From positions 43,418,064-43,482,063 of the forward strand of contig JARDVH010000143.1 in assembly GCA_030324005.1 (NCBI GenBank): a DNA stretch of 64,000 bases, given 5' to 3'. How positions within the stretch are numbered: position 1 is the first letter of the stretch; the number at the start of each line of letters is the position of its first letter. Below are positions 1-12,999 of the stretch, in pieces. Made by a program: the position numbers and the translations under genes. This DNA is from Negaprion brevirostris (taxonomy: Eukaryota). The notes under the pieces were generated by a model. The model did no database searches. It worked only from the letters and a program-made list of their open reading frames with translations, and was not told the origin of the DNA.

Positions 1-102
1 GCTTTGCCCCTTCGTCAGGATCAAAGCCCTGAAAGCTAGTGGCGTTTGCTGCCAAATAAACCTGTTGGATTTTAACCTGGTGTTGTGAGACATCTTACTG
101 TG
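1..102 (+). mobile_element. Penelope-like element pLTR fragment abutting a CR1
   Basis: gaaagctagtggcgtttgctgccaaataaacctgttggattttaacctggtgttgtgagacatcttactgtg matches the terminus of the GIY-YIG element at 54741-54860; bases 1-19 read as an inverted CCTGACGAAGGGGC piece. Confidence 0.65.
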
Positions 103-855
103 TTCTATGAGATAGCCAGTTACTTAGCCAATCGGCCAAATTTCCCTCTAGCCCACACCTCCTTACTTTCTTCATGAGCTGACCATGGGGAAACTTATCA
201 AACGTCTTACTAAAATCCATGTATACGACATCAACTACTCTACCTTCATCCACACACTTAGTTACCTCCTCAAAGAATTCTATCAAATTGGTGAAGCAAG
301 ACTTACCCTTCACGAATCCATGTTGACTATCCTGGATTAAGCTGCATCTTTCCAAATGGTCATAAATCCTATCCCTTAGGGCCTTTTCCATTAACTTACC
401 GACCACCAAAGGAAGACCGACCACCCTATAATTACCAGGGTCATTCTTACTTCCTTTCTTAAAGAGTGGAGCAACATTCGCCACTCTCCAGTCCTCCAGC
501 ACTATCCCTACGGACAGTGACGACCCAAAGAACAAAGCCAAAGGCTCTGCAATCTCCTCCCTTGCCTCACAAACAATCCTAGGATATATCCCATCTGGTC
601 CAGGGGCTTAGGTTTTTCAAAATTGCTATCATATCTTCCCTTAGAATATCTACCTCCTCCAGCCTATCAGCCTGTATCACATTCTCATCCTCAAAAACAT
701 GATCCCTCTCCTCGGTGAGCACTGACGAAAAGTATTCATTCATCGCCTCACCTATCTCTTCTGACTCCATGCACAAGTTCCCACTACTATTCTTGACTGG
801 CCCTAACCTCACCCAATCATTCTTTTATTTCTCACATAACAGTAAAAAGCCTTGG
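95..855 (-). mobile_element. CR1-clade LINE ORF2 (reverse transcriptase) fragment
   Basis: ORFs 95-541 and 579-812: DWRVANVAPLFKKG..PGNYR..SQHGFVKGKSC.TNLIEFFEEVT..VDVVYMDFSK.FDK.PH, typical of CR1 RT; frameshifted. Confidence 0.92.
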
Positions 856-1332
856 AAAGTACTAAGCAATTGGTTGAAGTATCTGACAAAGATTTATATT
901 GATGTATAAGCATTATATGAAATTAATTTTAACCTAATGTAAGGTGGAGGAGAATCAGATTACAAAAATGTATAACTGTTCTGTTTTTTACTGATGACAT
1001 TGGAACCTATTCAAGTGGTCTGGGTATCCTGTATCTGAGACCATCACAATTTCTCCCATTGATCACTGATTTTTTGATAACTTTTTACCTTTATACTGTG
1101 ACATTGGTTTCCTGAGTATATTTGCCATCTCATTGGAAAACCCTACTAACAGGATAGTCTTTGGAGATAAAATTAAACCAGGAGCTTAATTCCAAATCTA
1201 GCCAGCACCTAATCTGACGATATTTGGTACTGGAACTGAGAGAGAAAAGGCAGGTGTCTGCACACACTGCTAATAACTCTTAGCATGATGAAAAAATAAC
1301 ATTTAGTCCATCTCATTTGTGGGTAGGCATGG

Positions 1333-1366
1333 GAGAGAGAGTGTGTGTGTGTGTGTGTGAGTGTGT
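1333..1366. repeat. (GA)n(GT)n microsatellite
   Basis: gagagagagtgtgtgtgtgtgtgtgtgagtgtgt. Confidence 0.9.
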
Positions 1367-1442
1367 AAGGTGGTGAAGGAGAAATATTAATGACTCAAAC
1401 TAAGTCACAGCAAATCATAATTACACCAGCTGCCTTTTATGA

Positions 1443-1461
1443 TGACGTAACAGCAGCCAAT
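1443..1461 (+). promoter_or_regulatory. CRE/ATF-like site (TGACGTAA) next to a CCAAT box
   Basis: TGACGTAA 1443-1450 and CCAAT 1457-1461 in TE-free sequence; motif match only. Confidence 0.2.
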
Positions 1462-2979
1462 CAAGACAATGTCTGGTTGCTGTATATCTGTTCATGTGCA
1501 GCATCTGACCAAGAAATTCTATCAAGTGCTGCATTTTGAGTAAATTTGTATATTTAATTGGAAACACTGGATAAAAATATTGTGTTCCTCATTTGAATTT
1601 TCTTTTCCAAACCTTCAATGCTTGCTTTAATAGAATAATTAAGTAGAAAGGCTGCCACAGAATAAGGCCAAATAGATGAGAAGAATCTTAAAAAGCAGTG
1701 ATATCAAATATATTTTATTTATTATCCAAGTAAATTTTAAGTATATTTTGTTGTGTGGTGAATTGCACAGCTCTGTAGCTGCACACTGAATTAAGTTTAC
1801 AGATTTACTCTAAATTTGCAAGCTGCACTTTATTTGCTATTACCCCATCACAGTACAGCTCCTTCTAAAGATTTGAAGTGTGGTAAGAAAGATCCTTTAA
1901 CTTCATCACTCAAGGACCATAAACCTTCTAAATCGTACAATTGTTTTACAGTTAATGGGTCACAGTAAATTCCTTGGCTCCAGCTGTGCAAGTTTTCTCG
2001 ATTTTGACCAAATCCATCTCTCGGTACTCTATTAAATGCCATAGATTTAAAAGTGATGGTTCTGTTTTGAATACTTTAAAAACATATTATCATGTCTTAA
2101 TTCAAACCAAATTCCTAAAGCATAAGATGATTTAAGATGTTGCAAATCCAGTACAATTAACTTCACTGCATCTCAAAGTTAGAGAATATTTGAGAAAATT
2201 ATTGTACTATCAAGAGAACAATGCCAATCTTAATTTTTTAAATTTTCATTCAAGTCTATTACTGTGATCTTCAAAAATTCAAGGTGAAGGTCAGGCTGCT
2301 CGATAACAAAATGAGTTAAATGTCATTTGCGATCACCCCTTTTGATAAAACTAGAGGTAATGAAATTAAATGAAATACTACGTTAAGTACCGTTCATTTA
2401 AATCTGAACTTGGCCACAAAATTTTTTCATGACATTGTCTTCAGTAAGTATCTCTCTTCCGAATGCCTCTTGCCCTCCTTTGAGCAATACAAATGCAAAT
2501 AAAATACAGCAAATAAAAATCATAGTTTTCACAACATTAGAAAGAGGTAGCACCTGGCTAATGCATATTTCATTCATTTTCATACCTTAATCTTTATCCC
2601 CAATTAGGAGGACAAAATGTTTAATAGGAGACCTATGGGCAAGAAATTGCAAGACTTTAAGAAGAGAAAAGCTTTTTGTTTTTAGGACAATTCAATTAAT
2701 ACAGGAAATCAAAATATGCAGAAAATATAAAAGTTGCAATGTAAATGAAATTTTGACCATTTGCAAAATGTTGCATTTTCTTGGCAGCGTATTTAATATT
2801 TTAGAAATTCAATTCTGAAGAAAAAAGGTGCATGAGGGAAAGCATTGTACATTTCATTGTAAGAAAATGTTTTGCAAAGAGATAAATTGTACACCAAAAA
2901 ACCATCTAACAAGTCGCAAAGGTTAGATGTCGCCTGAAAGAAAAACGAGAGTCAGCTAATAAATCAGATCAAGTTACTA

Positions 2980-3800
2980 TCTATCACATTTTGTTGTGAT
3001 GAGCTAAACAGACAAAAAGAGACAGATAAAATGGCGATTTAGGCAAATAAATGGCAAGTGCAATTCAACAACAGCCAACATGAGGAGGTCTCATTTTGTG
3101 AGAAAAATAGAAGAAATTACACTTGTGGAAAAGGCTGAGTGATTGCAGAAGCTAACAGGGATTAGGGTGTTCTGGCTCACAAGGCTTTAAGAGCAGTATT
3201 CAAGTGCACATTAGCACAAAAGCTAACTGAATACTGTTTTTCTTGGCATGAAGCACAAAATGTGGCTGAAAGTGAATATATGTACAACCGATATAAAATC
3301 TCATTAGAGTAGCATATGTTCCATAATAGGAAGGATGTTGAAGCATGAACAGTGCAGGTTCATTACAAAGTTGCCTCAATTTGAGAAAACAAAATTGAAA
3401 AATTGGGGCTCTTTCCATTAGAAGATGAGTGATTTGATTAAATTGTTTAAGATTATTTAACAATAGGTAACAATAGAAAGTTTTTTTTTATATAGTGGCT
3501 GAGGGGGAAAGAATGAGGAATCATAAATGTCCAGTGAAATGCAAGAGACTTGTGACAGAGAACAGGAGAAACTCTTATTTAACTGAGTGTTGTGCAGCTG
3601 TAGACTATTACTGGAGTTAATGACTGAGGCAGAGACCATATAGTTATTCAGGAATAAGTTAGACAGAAGACAGAGAGATGGGAATAAAGGGATTATGACT
3701 ACAGAGCATATGAGATGACTGCTGCTCATGTGGTGGATAAGCAGCAACACAAATTGTTTGGACCAATCTGCAGGTTTCAGTGTTGCAATTTCTATGCAAT
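2980..3800 (+). mobile_element. Highly decayed CR1 3' region
   Basis: Remnants such as aaatggcaagtgcaattcaac, agggattagggtgt, aaatctcattag and gttattcaggaataagttagacag occur in CR1 order. Confidence 0.5.
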
Positions 3801-6800
3801 TCTATGAAGGTTTGCTGTTTATCTTCTTTGATGAGGAACAGTGTGCAGGATAAATTTAGGTGGTGAGCAAAAAAAACGTCTAGAGACAAAAGTAAACAGA
3901 CAGTGACTCGGGCAACTTTACGGAACCTGTAATTTTAACTCAACATTTTCTTTTAGGCAACGAAATTTCTCTCAGGACACCAGAAATAATGCTCATTTTA
4001 TGTTAAACGCTTGGAAAATGGAAACAAAAGGCACTGAATGGTTTATCGATAATTTTCCTCTGCCCAATGAGACAGTTTATGAATTCTGACATTTTAAATG
4101 CTACCAACAAACTTTTATAAAAGGAAAATGACCTACCTTTAGTACGGCGCTCTTTATCCTTTATAAATAACCATAACTTCCACAAATATAAAATTATATC
4201 TTTAAAACACATCAACTAGGAGAAATTACAAACATTTTGCACTACAAGTAACAAGCTTCCGAGCCAAACGCTACATGAAATAACTATCTGCAAATTTTCC
4301 AACATTTTTAAATGGAGGCGGTCCTGTTATGTAAACAAAGGTTATAAGACAAAAGAAAGATAACTAAAATTAAGGCTCTGCAAATTAATCAAGTATCTGG
4401 AACAAATATTAAATCAACAGGTGATAAACTTCCAATTTCTTTCTGGACCTTACAAATAATGAATCATGAAAGTTCTTGTGTGATATATTTAGACTTCAGA
4501 AAAATCCAATCAACGAGGGAAATTTAGGATATGGTGCATGATTAAAAGATGCTAGACTAAAACGGAAAAAAAATCAAATACTAACAAATGTAGTGCAGAC
4601 TGGTCAAACTACAATAATCAAGTGCTGCAACAGGTCAGTGCTTAGTCCTACTATGTGCATCTGCCTAAGTGAACTGAAGAAAAAAATTTTAAGTTCACCT
4701 TATGAAGTTCACAAACAGAAAACGTGAAAGAACAGTGAGGGCAGAAAATGCTGTTAATTTGAAGGGACAGTTAAAACAACTTCAATAATTGGTTAGGGGG
4801 TCAATGAAATTCAATACTGACAAAACTATTACATATTTGTTAGAAAGGTAACATCAGCACAGGGAGACTGAGAAAGGGATTGGGACTAAGAAAGGATTCA
4901 TTTTCAACGTTGATACCATGCTAAACAAACCCAAAGGCATAAACATGGTATAAAAATTAAAGTCCAAGTCTAGATAGATCATGCAGTCTTTATAACTGGG
5001 TACTCGAGTCACAAAACAGCATTGTGCACCTGAGTTAAACATGGTTTTTCCAATCTTTCCGTATTTTTTTCAGCCTTTTAAGGAGAATTGAGGAGCATAC
5101 ACTTACCTGGTTTATTTTCTCTTCCTGCAACCACTACCTTTGGAATGTTGGACCAGCTCTCCGTAAAGGAGGCTTAAGAACTGAAAATTTGTTTTTTGTT
5201 GGCCAATAAAATTTCAGGCGCTGGCAGTTGACAGAGCTGATAAAATATGGGGGCCAATTCCAATTGACAAACCAAGATTGAAAATTAGGTGATAGTGGCT
5301 ATAAGAAACTAATAATTGCGGCCAAGATTATTAGATGAGAGATAGTGATATCTATGGAATTATGGACATTAGAATATAGGCATAATTTATAAGGACTGAG
5401 CTTTTGTTTTATCTGATATTCAAATTTGGTCAGTTGATAACAATGGCAAGTTCTAAATGTCTGCAATATATTAAGCAGCAAATGCATGAAGGAGTTTCGA
5501 TCAGTTAAACTTGGAGCTCCGATGTTGAAATAGGTTGGTGCTTCAAAGAATTCCTCCCAGTGGAATCGGTATTTGATCTGAGTAACCAGTTGGAAGAAGA
5601 AATCAGGTCTTTGGGCTTGGTATTAAGGAATTGGACCCAAATATTAAAAATAGGGTGCACAGGTTAAGGCAGTCAACTTTGCGCTATGAAAAACAAAAAC
5701 ATTAAATGTCGAAAATACAAGCGTACAAGAAATCACAGCTTCAGAAGATACACATATGAAATTTTTTGAGGCCAGATGAAAATTGTTTTTGTAGCTCATC
5801 CTTCATGCTCTTTCCTAGAATCTTAAAGCCATAACATAAACTCCAATGGAGATCAATGAAGAACTGCAACAGTTCTTCATTGATCTTCTGCAAATAAACT
5901 TGTAATTAAAAAAAAAAATCAGGTTGAATGACGTTATGGAACCAGCTCCACAACAGGTATTTTAAGTCAGTTTGTCCCCTAGTTCAATCTTTCTATTTCA
6001 AAGAAAGTCAGCAGATACACCAGTAAATTACCTCTGTAAAATAAAATCATAGCTTTGGCTGTGCTTTAGATTGATATATACCACATGCAAGTACAAAATA
6101 AATAAGATCACGTCTCAAGGAAGACAGATCTATCTTTTTGCAGTCTGCATAGAGTGATGCCAACAGCATTACATTGTCTCTCTGGCCAATTCCAAAAGCT
6201 CCTTTGCAGGTGAGGTTAGTTTAATAACAAAATATCTGATTGTTTTATGATTTATGGGGGCAAATACAAATTTTTCATCAATAATTTGAGCTGTATGTTT
6301 CTACGCTTAAGATGAGAATCAGTAACAAAATACAATAAAAGCTAGTGGTCCTAGCCTCCTTAGACCCGCCCTGTACAGAAATGAACCAAGCTTCAACAGA
6401 TGAAGGTTATTTGCTAAGGAAAAGACAGATTTGATCCAAAGATAACAACAACAAAATTCTCAACAGCTTCCTTGGTTTAATCAAATGTTAATTTGGATAT
6501 GAGGTGTCACAATTTCAACGAATGTGATTTGTCCCCAACAAGCGATAAAGGCTAAAAATCAGAGTTCTTGAGCAACTTGGCTTCCTCCTACTATCTTCCC
6601 ACTCTAAACATCTTGTATCTAATGCACAAAAGTATTCAATTTCAAAATGGAATAACGTTCACATGGCTTACTTTAGAAACCAATAAAGTCACTCCTCTGT
6701 TCAAGTCCTAAAACATTCCATACACACTTAACAGGCTTTCTCAACTTCTACTTCTAGAGTTATGCCAATTATAATGGCTTGTACTTGTGGGAAACACATC

Positions 6801-7219
6801 ATGGTGCTTACAGGAGACTCAGTGAGTCAATAGAAAAACAAGACTTGAGTCATTGGGTGTGACAGAAGTCCAGTAAGAGATAGGTTTGAGGGATTTTTCA
6901 AAAAAGGGGAAGAGATTTGGAAACAGAATTCCAGAGTACAATTCTGTTCATCATTAACTCCAACAGTTGCTTGCATTAGTATGAAAAAATGTCAAATTTA
7001 TTCTAAAACATCTGATCATTCTCTAATTATTATATTTTGTGTTGCTTCTTCTGAGCATGGTCTTCGGGCCTCACCACAAACTCCCTTCCCACCAAATGTC
7101 TAGGGCTGAATCAGACTGTTCGCAACATTGGTATCATATTTTATGCAGATGAACTTTGACTATATCTGCACCATCTCTTTCCATCTGCAACACAACTTAG
7201 TCCTACCTCATTCCAAAGA

Positions 7220-7680
7220 AACATACAGAATAAATCACCAGCCCCTTGAGTTTGTTCCACCATTTAATACAATCATAGCTGATCTTATATTAAAACTCAC
7301 CTTCCCACGATATCCCAATATTCTTTATCCCGTAGTATCCAAAATTCAATGTATGTGTTCAACATATTTAGTAACTGAGCATCCATAGCCTTCGGGAGTA
7401 ATTTCTCCACTCAGTCTGAGTAATGGTCAACACGTTATTCTGAAACTGTGACCCCTTATTTCAGACCCCCAGGACAGGACCATCTGTCCTCCACCTACCT
7501 TATCAAGCTCTTTCAAGAATCTTATGATGTGGAAAAGCCAGCGTTGGACTGGGGTGGGAATGTTGTGTTTCAATTAGATCATCTCTCATTCTTCTCAATT
7601 AGAGAACAGATTGAGTAGACAATCTCTCCTCATAGAACAATCCCCTCACTCTAAGGAATCATCTAGTACTGAAACCTTCC
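7220..7680 (-). mobile_element. CR1 3' end fragment containing a short pLTR piece (about 7525-7560)
   Basis: cagccccttgagtttgttccaccatttaatacaatcatagctgatct is a reverse CR1 tail; tgatgtggaaaagccagcgttggactgggg resembles 17941 and 54741. Confidence 0.65.
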
Positions 7681-7960
7681 TCCATGCCCTCGTTCCAATA
7701 CACTCCTCACCATCCTCCCAACTTCCACACTCCACAAACTTGTTACCCAAAACTCTGCTGCCAGTGTGCTAACTTGCACTGAGTCCCTATTCATCCATTG
7801 TGCTCACTTAAGCAACGCTTCAGCTTTAAAACTGACTTCCTAAACCATAATTTTCATCGCTCATATAGTTTGGTGTAAAATGTTGTTTGACAGCACATAT
7901 GTGAAATGCATGGAAAGGTTGAACTATATTAAAGACGCTATATAAATAGAAATTATTGCT
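7680..7960 (+). mobile_element. L2 LINE 3' fragment
   Basis: caaaactctgctgcc...tgtgaaatgcatggaaagg...actatattaaagacgctatataaatagaaattattg, an L2-type tail. Confidence 0.55.
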
Positions 7961-10900
7961 CCTCAATTGACCAAAAGTAATTAGAAGTACAGACAAAAGT
8001 AAAGCACATTGTTTGTGGGAGGAAAAGGTTGATTGACCAAATGGACTGTTTGTACTCTGTGGTTTACATTAAATCAAACATGAACAAGTGCTCTGGGAAT
8101 CAACTGGAGTAGTTGCTGATACCAGTAATCTACAGATGTCTTGCTTGCTTCAAAATTTTCACCGTGGATCCAGTTCCAAAAATCAATTACCGAAGAGTGG
8201 AGATGTTATGCAAAGACTTTCATGCCTTGTGTATCACATTCCAGTGCTTTAGCCATCTTCAAAATGTCACTCTAGCTTTCAATAAACATTGTCACATTTC
8301 ATGGATGCTAAAACTTAAGAGGACTTATTGGTCGAAACCAGAATGAAGCTTCTAGTAAATATTTTGAGTTTATCATGTTGTTCTGTGAAGCAGGCTTGTG
8401 GTGTGTGTGTCTGTCTGTGTGTGTAAAACTAAGTTAATTTGAGGACAGTTCGTCTGCAAGGTTTAGGACAAAAAAGTTGAGGTATGAAAGGCATGCATTT
8501 GAAGTAAACCTGGCCCCAAGCTGAATTTCCTGTAAACAAGCATAGAGTGGATAGAAATTTGCATTACAGGTAAGATGCTGTTGTTTCAGTTGTAAAATTT
8601 CAAATGGAACTAAAAACTTGTTTACAGCTTCCAACAGTTTCATAAATGAACAAGACAGGGTTATACAATTTTACTTAACTTGTAATTGGGAGCAATGGGG
8701 AAAATATGAAAGATTTTTCTATTCTGAGAAAATCAAGTTTCAAAATAAGGCTATGCAGAATAGAATCCAGATAAAGAGGAAAAGAGTACTTGAGGAGAAA
8801 TGTGGAGAAGTGGATTCGGGAATAGTGATGCAAGGCCTCTTGGCATGCCACTCTGTGCTGGGAAAAGAGCTGAAGTAGCCTTCCACTTAAGTCCAAAAAA
8901 TGTTTGTTTTTCCAGAAAGCAGGGTTTTGTTCTGAAGTTTCTTGGATTTCCACAGCAGAGTGGGAGTGAATGAGACCCTGAAATATATCTTTCTTAAAGC
9001 ATCAGTGGGTTTGCCTTGTGGGAATATTATTGGAACTTTTATAAACATCTCTAAGAGATTGTTGCCTAAAAGGTGTTTACTTGAAAGTCTGGCTAAGTAG
9101 AAAGCATTTTTGGGAGAACAACCTGAAAACTAATTTTAACACTCCATATACAATCTGGTATGTTTAAGTTTCTTTTGTTATAAATGTTTGGATTTACTGT
9201 TTATAATTCCGAAAGTATTCTTGGAAATTGTGGTATTTGAATTCAGCAAACTCATTTTCTCCTGGTCAGGATACAAATAAAGAGCTGTGCTTCATTGGGC
9301 AAGTTTCGCTTCGGGATTTGGTCTTTGTGGTAATTACCATCTGTCGGATCATAAACCAAGGTAGAAAGCATCTGCTGTCTTACCCTGAACCTGACTAGGC
9401 CAGAGATAAGTTGCCTTCTTCACACTATGTGAAATACATATCTCAAAACAAAAATTTCCAATTATCCAACATTCGGTAGACAAAAAAAGTTAGCAAAATA
9501 AAAAATAAAAAAGGAGTTAGTGCATAAAAATCAGAACATGAGGTGAAGCCTTGTTGATTCATGAATAACAGGGCATAGATGAAAAAAGGAGCAATGTTGA
9601 GAGCTATGTTTGGGAATAGCCACGTGAAGCCTCCTGGTATGCTGCTCTATGTTGGGAAAACAGCTAAGGCCGAAAGTTTTTTTTTCCATCAAGCATGGTT
9701 TTGTTTTTGTTATTTCTTTCCCATATACAGACACTTCAAAGAGTTAGAACATTACCTGTGGTCGAGTGAGAGAATGCAATTTTAAACATAACTCGAGGCT
9801 TGGTGCTGACCAACAAGGACAGTGAAACAACTGTAGCCAAAATGTAAAAAGTTATAAAAAGTCACAGAGGAATTTGCTCTCAATCACTTACCATTGCATA
9901 TATGAAGTGGAATTCCTATTATCCAGCAGAATGTAGACATTGTCTGCTTTTCCATTTCCCCGCAGCCACTGTCCCAGCCTTCCCAGTAGATAATGGAAAT
10001 TGTGTGATAACCAAGGGTCGCAAAATGTTGGTTTAAACATATGGAGGAGCAATAGGCTAGTTGTGCAACTGAAATAACATTCAATTTGATCTATCCTGAT
10101 TTATGTGGCTGATTTATGTCGGACAAGTGGAATCTGGAGTTGGCAGCTGTGCAATGAATCAATGGGTGCGTGCAAAGTTCCATCTCAAGAAATCCAATAG
10201 GTAACTGGAGTGCAGATAATAAAGGCTCCCCAGTGCACAGTTATTTTTTCAGAGATGTAATTTCTTGTAAAAGAGGTTTCATACCAGAAGAAGAGTTCAA
10301 TGAACATAATTCTGAAATCCATCTTTGCTCCACCTCCCAGATTCTTGGCATCGGACAGAGCAAAGAAAAGTGATTTTAAAATGAATGTCAGTTCCTTAAA
10401 TAGGGAAAATGGCCAAATCTGAGACAGCCTGCACATTTATCTTAAAAATTGTTAGCAAGGTCTGCATGCTTGGAGATGTGAAAACTGGTTACCTGTTTAT
10501 TACAGCAGGTAGACAATATGATACAGGGCAGGGGTCAGAAATCTGCCACTCCAGAGTCACAGGCAATTTAACATTCATTTGTGGCTCCCAGCCTTTATCG
10601 GCTGGTACTCATTTTCATGAAGAAACATCATAAATATTAAGTTCAGTTAATGTCCAAAGAACTAGAAGAAAACAGTTCCCCTGTGGGAAACTAAAGTTAG
10701 TGATCCTGATAAATTTCACAGATTGAAATGATTTTCTCAACGAAAACAGCATCATGCTTGAAATAAACTTCTTTGGTTTGTACGTCTAAGCACTGGTTAT
10801 AGCTAAGCACTTGGGTTCAAGGTTGTGACATTAATGTTCCAGATATAGCTGAAAATAAATTCTGAATGCTATAAACTTGGTATCAGGAGAATCCATGGGC

Positions 10901-11499
10901 TGGAAAGCTGTCACTGTCCTCAACATGGCAATTATTTATTAGAGTACTTGCACTGTTGGAGGAGCTACTCTCCTATTTATTAAGCCAAGTTCAATCGTAG
11001 CTCCTGACACTAATCGCTAACAGGTCAAGGTGAAACATTAAAAAACTGTCATATTGAAATTACCATCTCCCCATTCTGGCTACACCTAGGGAATGGATTT
11101 GATGCTTTTTTAGTGGTTTAATTTTTACTGCTTCAGGGACAATACCCAGAAAAATTAGTTGGCTCAAAATATATGCAGACTAGTTTATGAAAAAGGCCGT
11201 AAAGCACAAGAATAAAAAAGCAATGATGGTATTGGTTAAGTTACAACTGGAGTACTTTGTGGGGTCCTAGGCACTCAATTAAGAAAAAAAACAATGAATA
11301 TTTTTAGTGTGTAGAATTACCAAGAGCAGCGGCCAGAGATGGCTGGACCATTTCCATTGAGGGAAGATTTAACAAATGCTGGTCGTACCAGGGAGTGGTA
11401 CTACCAATTAAAAAATTACAAATTAGAGAACGAAGAGCGCGTTTAAGAGAAATGTCTTCACACAGTGAATTGCTGCGGTATGGATTATTTTGCTGCATC

Positions 11500-11703
11500 T
11501 TGGCAATCTTTTGCTCCTTTCATCATATATCTCCCATTTTTCACCCCATCACAGATGTTCTTTTTCCATCCTCCCCATGTGGCTGCCTTAAAACCTATTA
11601 CATTACTTCTCCAAGTTCTGAAGAAGGATTATTGATCTGAAACATTAACAGTTTTTCTCTCTCCAGAGACACTGGCAGTCTTGCTGAGTATGTCTAGCGG
11701 TCT
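11500..11703 (+). mobile_element. Penelope-type pLTR remnant with a hammerhead-like core
   Basis: CTGAAGA(11618-11624)-aggattattgatct-GAAA(11639-11642), then cattaacagtttttctctctccagagacactggcagtcttgctgagt; same family as the arms at 56897-57085. Confidence 0.55.
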
Positions 11704-12999
11704 NNNNNNNNNNNNNNNNNNNNNNNNNNNNNNNNNNNNNNNNNNNNNNNNNNNNNNNNNNNNNNNNNNNNNNNNNNNNNNNNNNNNNNNNNNNNNNNNN
11801 NNNTCCCCTTTTCTAAAATTAAGAATGTGTCAATTAAGCTAAGTCCATCAAATATTTCAATATACCAGCCTCCTGAAATGCCAACAGCAATTTTGTTCTG
11901 CGTGGGGAGAATCTTGCAGCCAATTCCAGGAACAATGTTAATGGTGCATCATAATAACACATACAAAGATAAATATTCATTCTTTTTCGATTAATAATGA
12001 GCAGGAAATAAAAATAAACAACATCTCCTGGATTCACATGTGACTCAAGATCATCCACAATAGATACAACAGCTTCATCACAAAAAATAGATTTTGCATT
12101 AAAAAAATTTCTGTACATTCTTCCTATATAATACATTTGCAAAGATGTGGTCCATTCTGAACTTAAACTCTGACACCTTGGTAAGATTATAAAATTACTT
12201 AAACACTCAATTACATTTTCATAATTGCTCAGACTTTACAATACTGAGAAAAAAACTATAATATTTAGTATGAATTAACAACCTTAAGCTGTATGTAAAA
12301 TTATTCACACAAGTTAAATAAATTGACATTTCTTTAATTTAAACCATTTCCAAGTGTTTACGTTTGGATCAGTTCAGTGCAGCAATTAGCCATGTACATA
12401 CATACTTCCATTTTCAAACATTTTCAGAAGTTTACCAATACATACATTTTCAGTGGATTACACTTGCTTCTACTGATGGTGACTCAAGAATATCAAGCAG
12501 TTTAAAGAGTACACATATTAAAACCAATTTCAACATTTACTGGAGTTTTTATGCATTTTAATGATAACTTGGGAGTCTATCCTTAAGTGTGTACTTTAGT
12601 GTCTGATTTTGTTCAACTGTTGCCCACTGTAGGACAGGGCAACTAAATTTGCAACTTACTTGTCATGCATATCCTATACTGTTGCAGAACATCTGGGGGT
12701 CTGTATAGCCTTTCATATTTGATAGGCTGAACTGCAACAGTAAAAAAATTAAAATGCAAATTTTGCAATGGCCAATGCTGCAAACAATTCACTAATCTGT
12801 GGTTTTTGCCATTTTCTGCCAAAACTTATAGATTACTCAGAAAACCCACACACGGAAATGTTAAACACTAAGCCATGAAAGTGCCCATGACCTAGGCTGA
12901 AGAAAAAGAACTGCATGTAAGAGGAGCGGCATATGAAGANNNNNNNNNNNNNNNNNNNNNNNNNNNNNNNNNNNCAAAATATTTGTTCGGACTTGCAAA

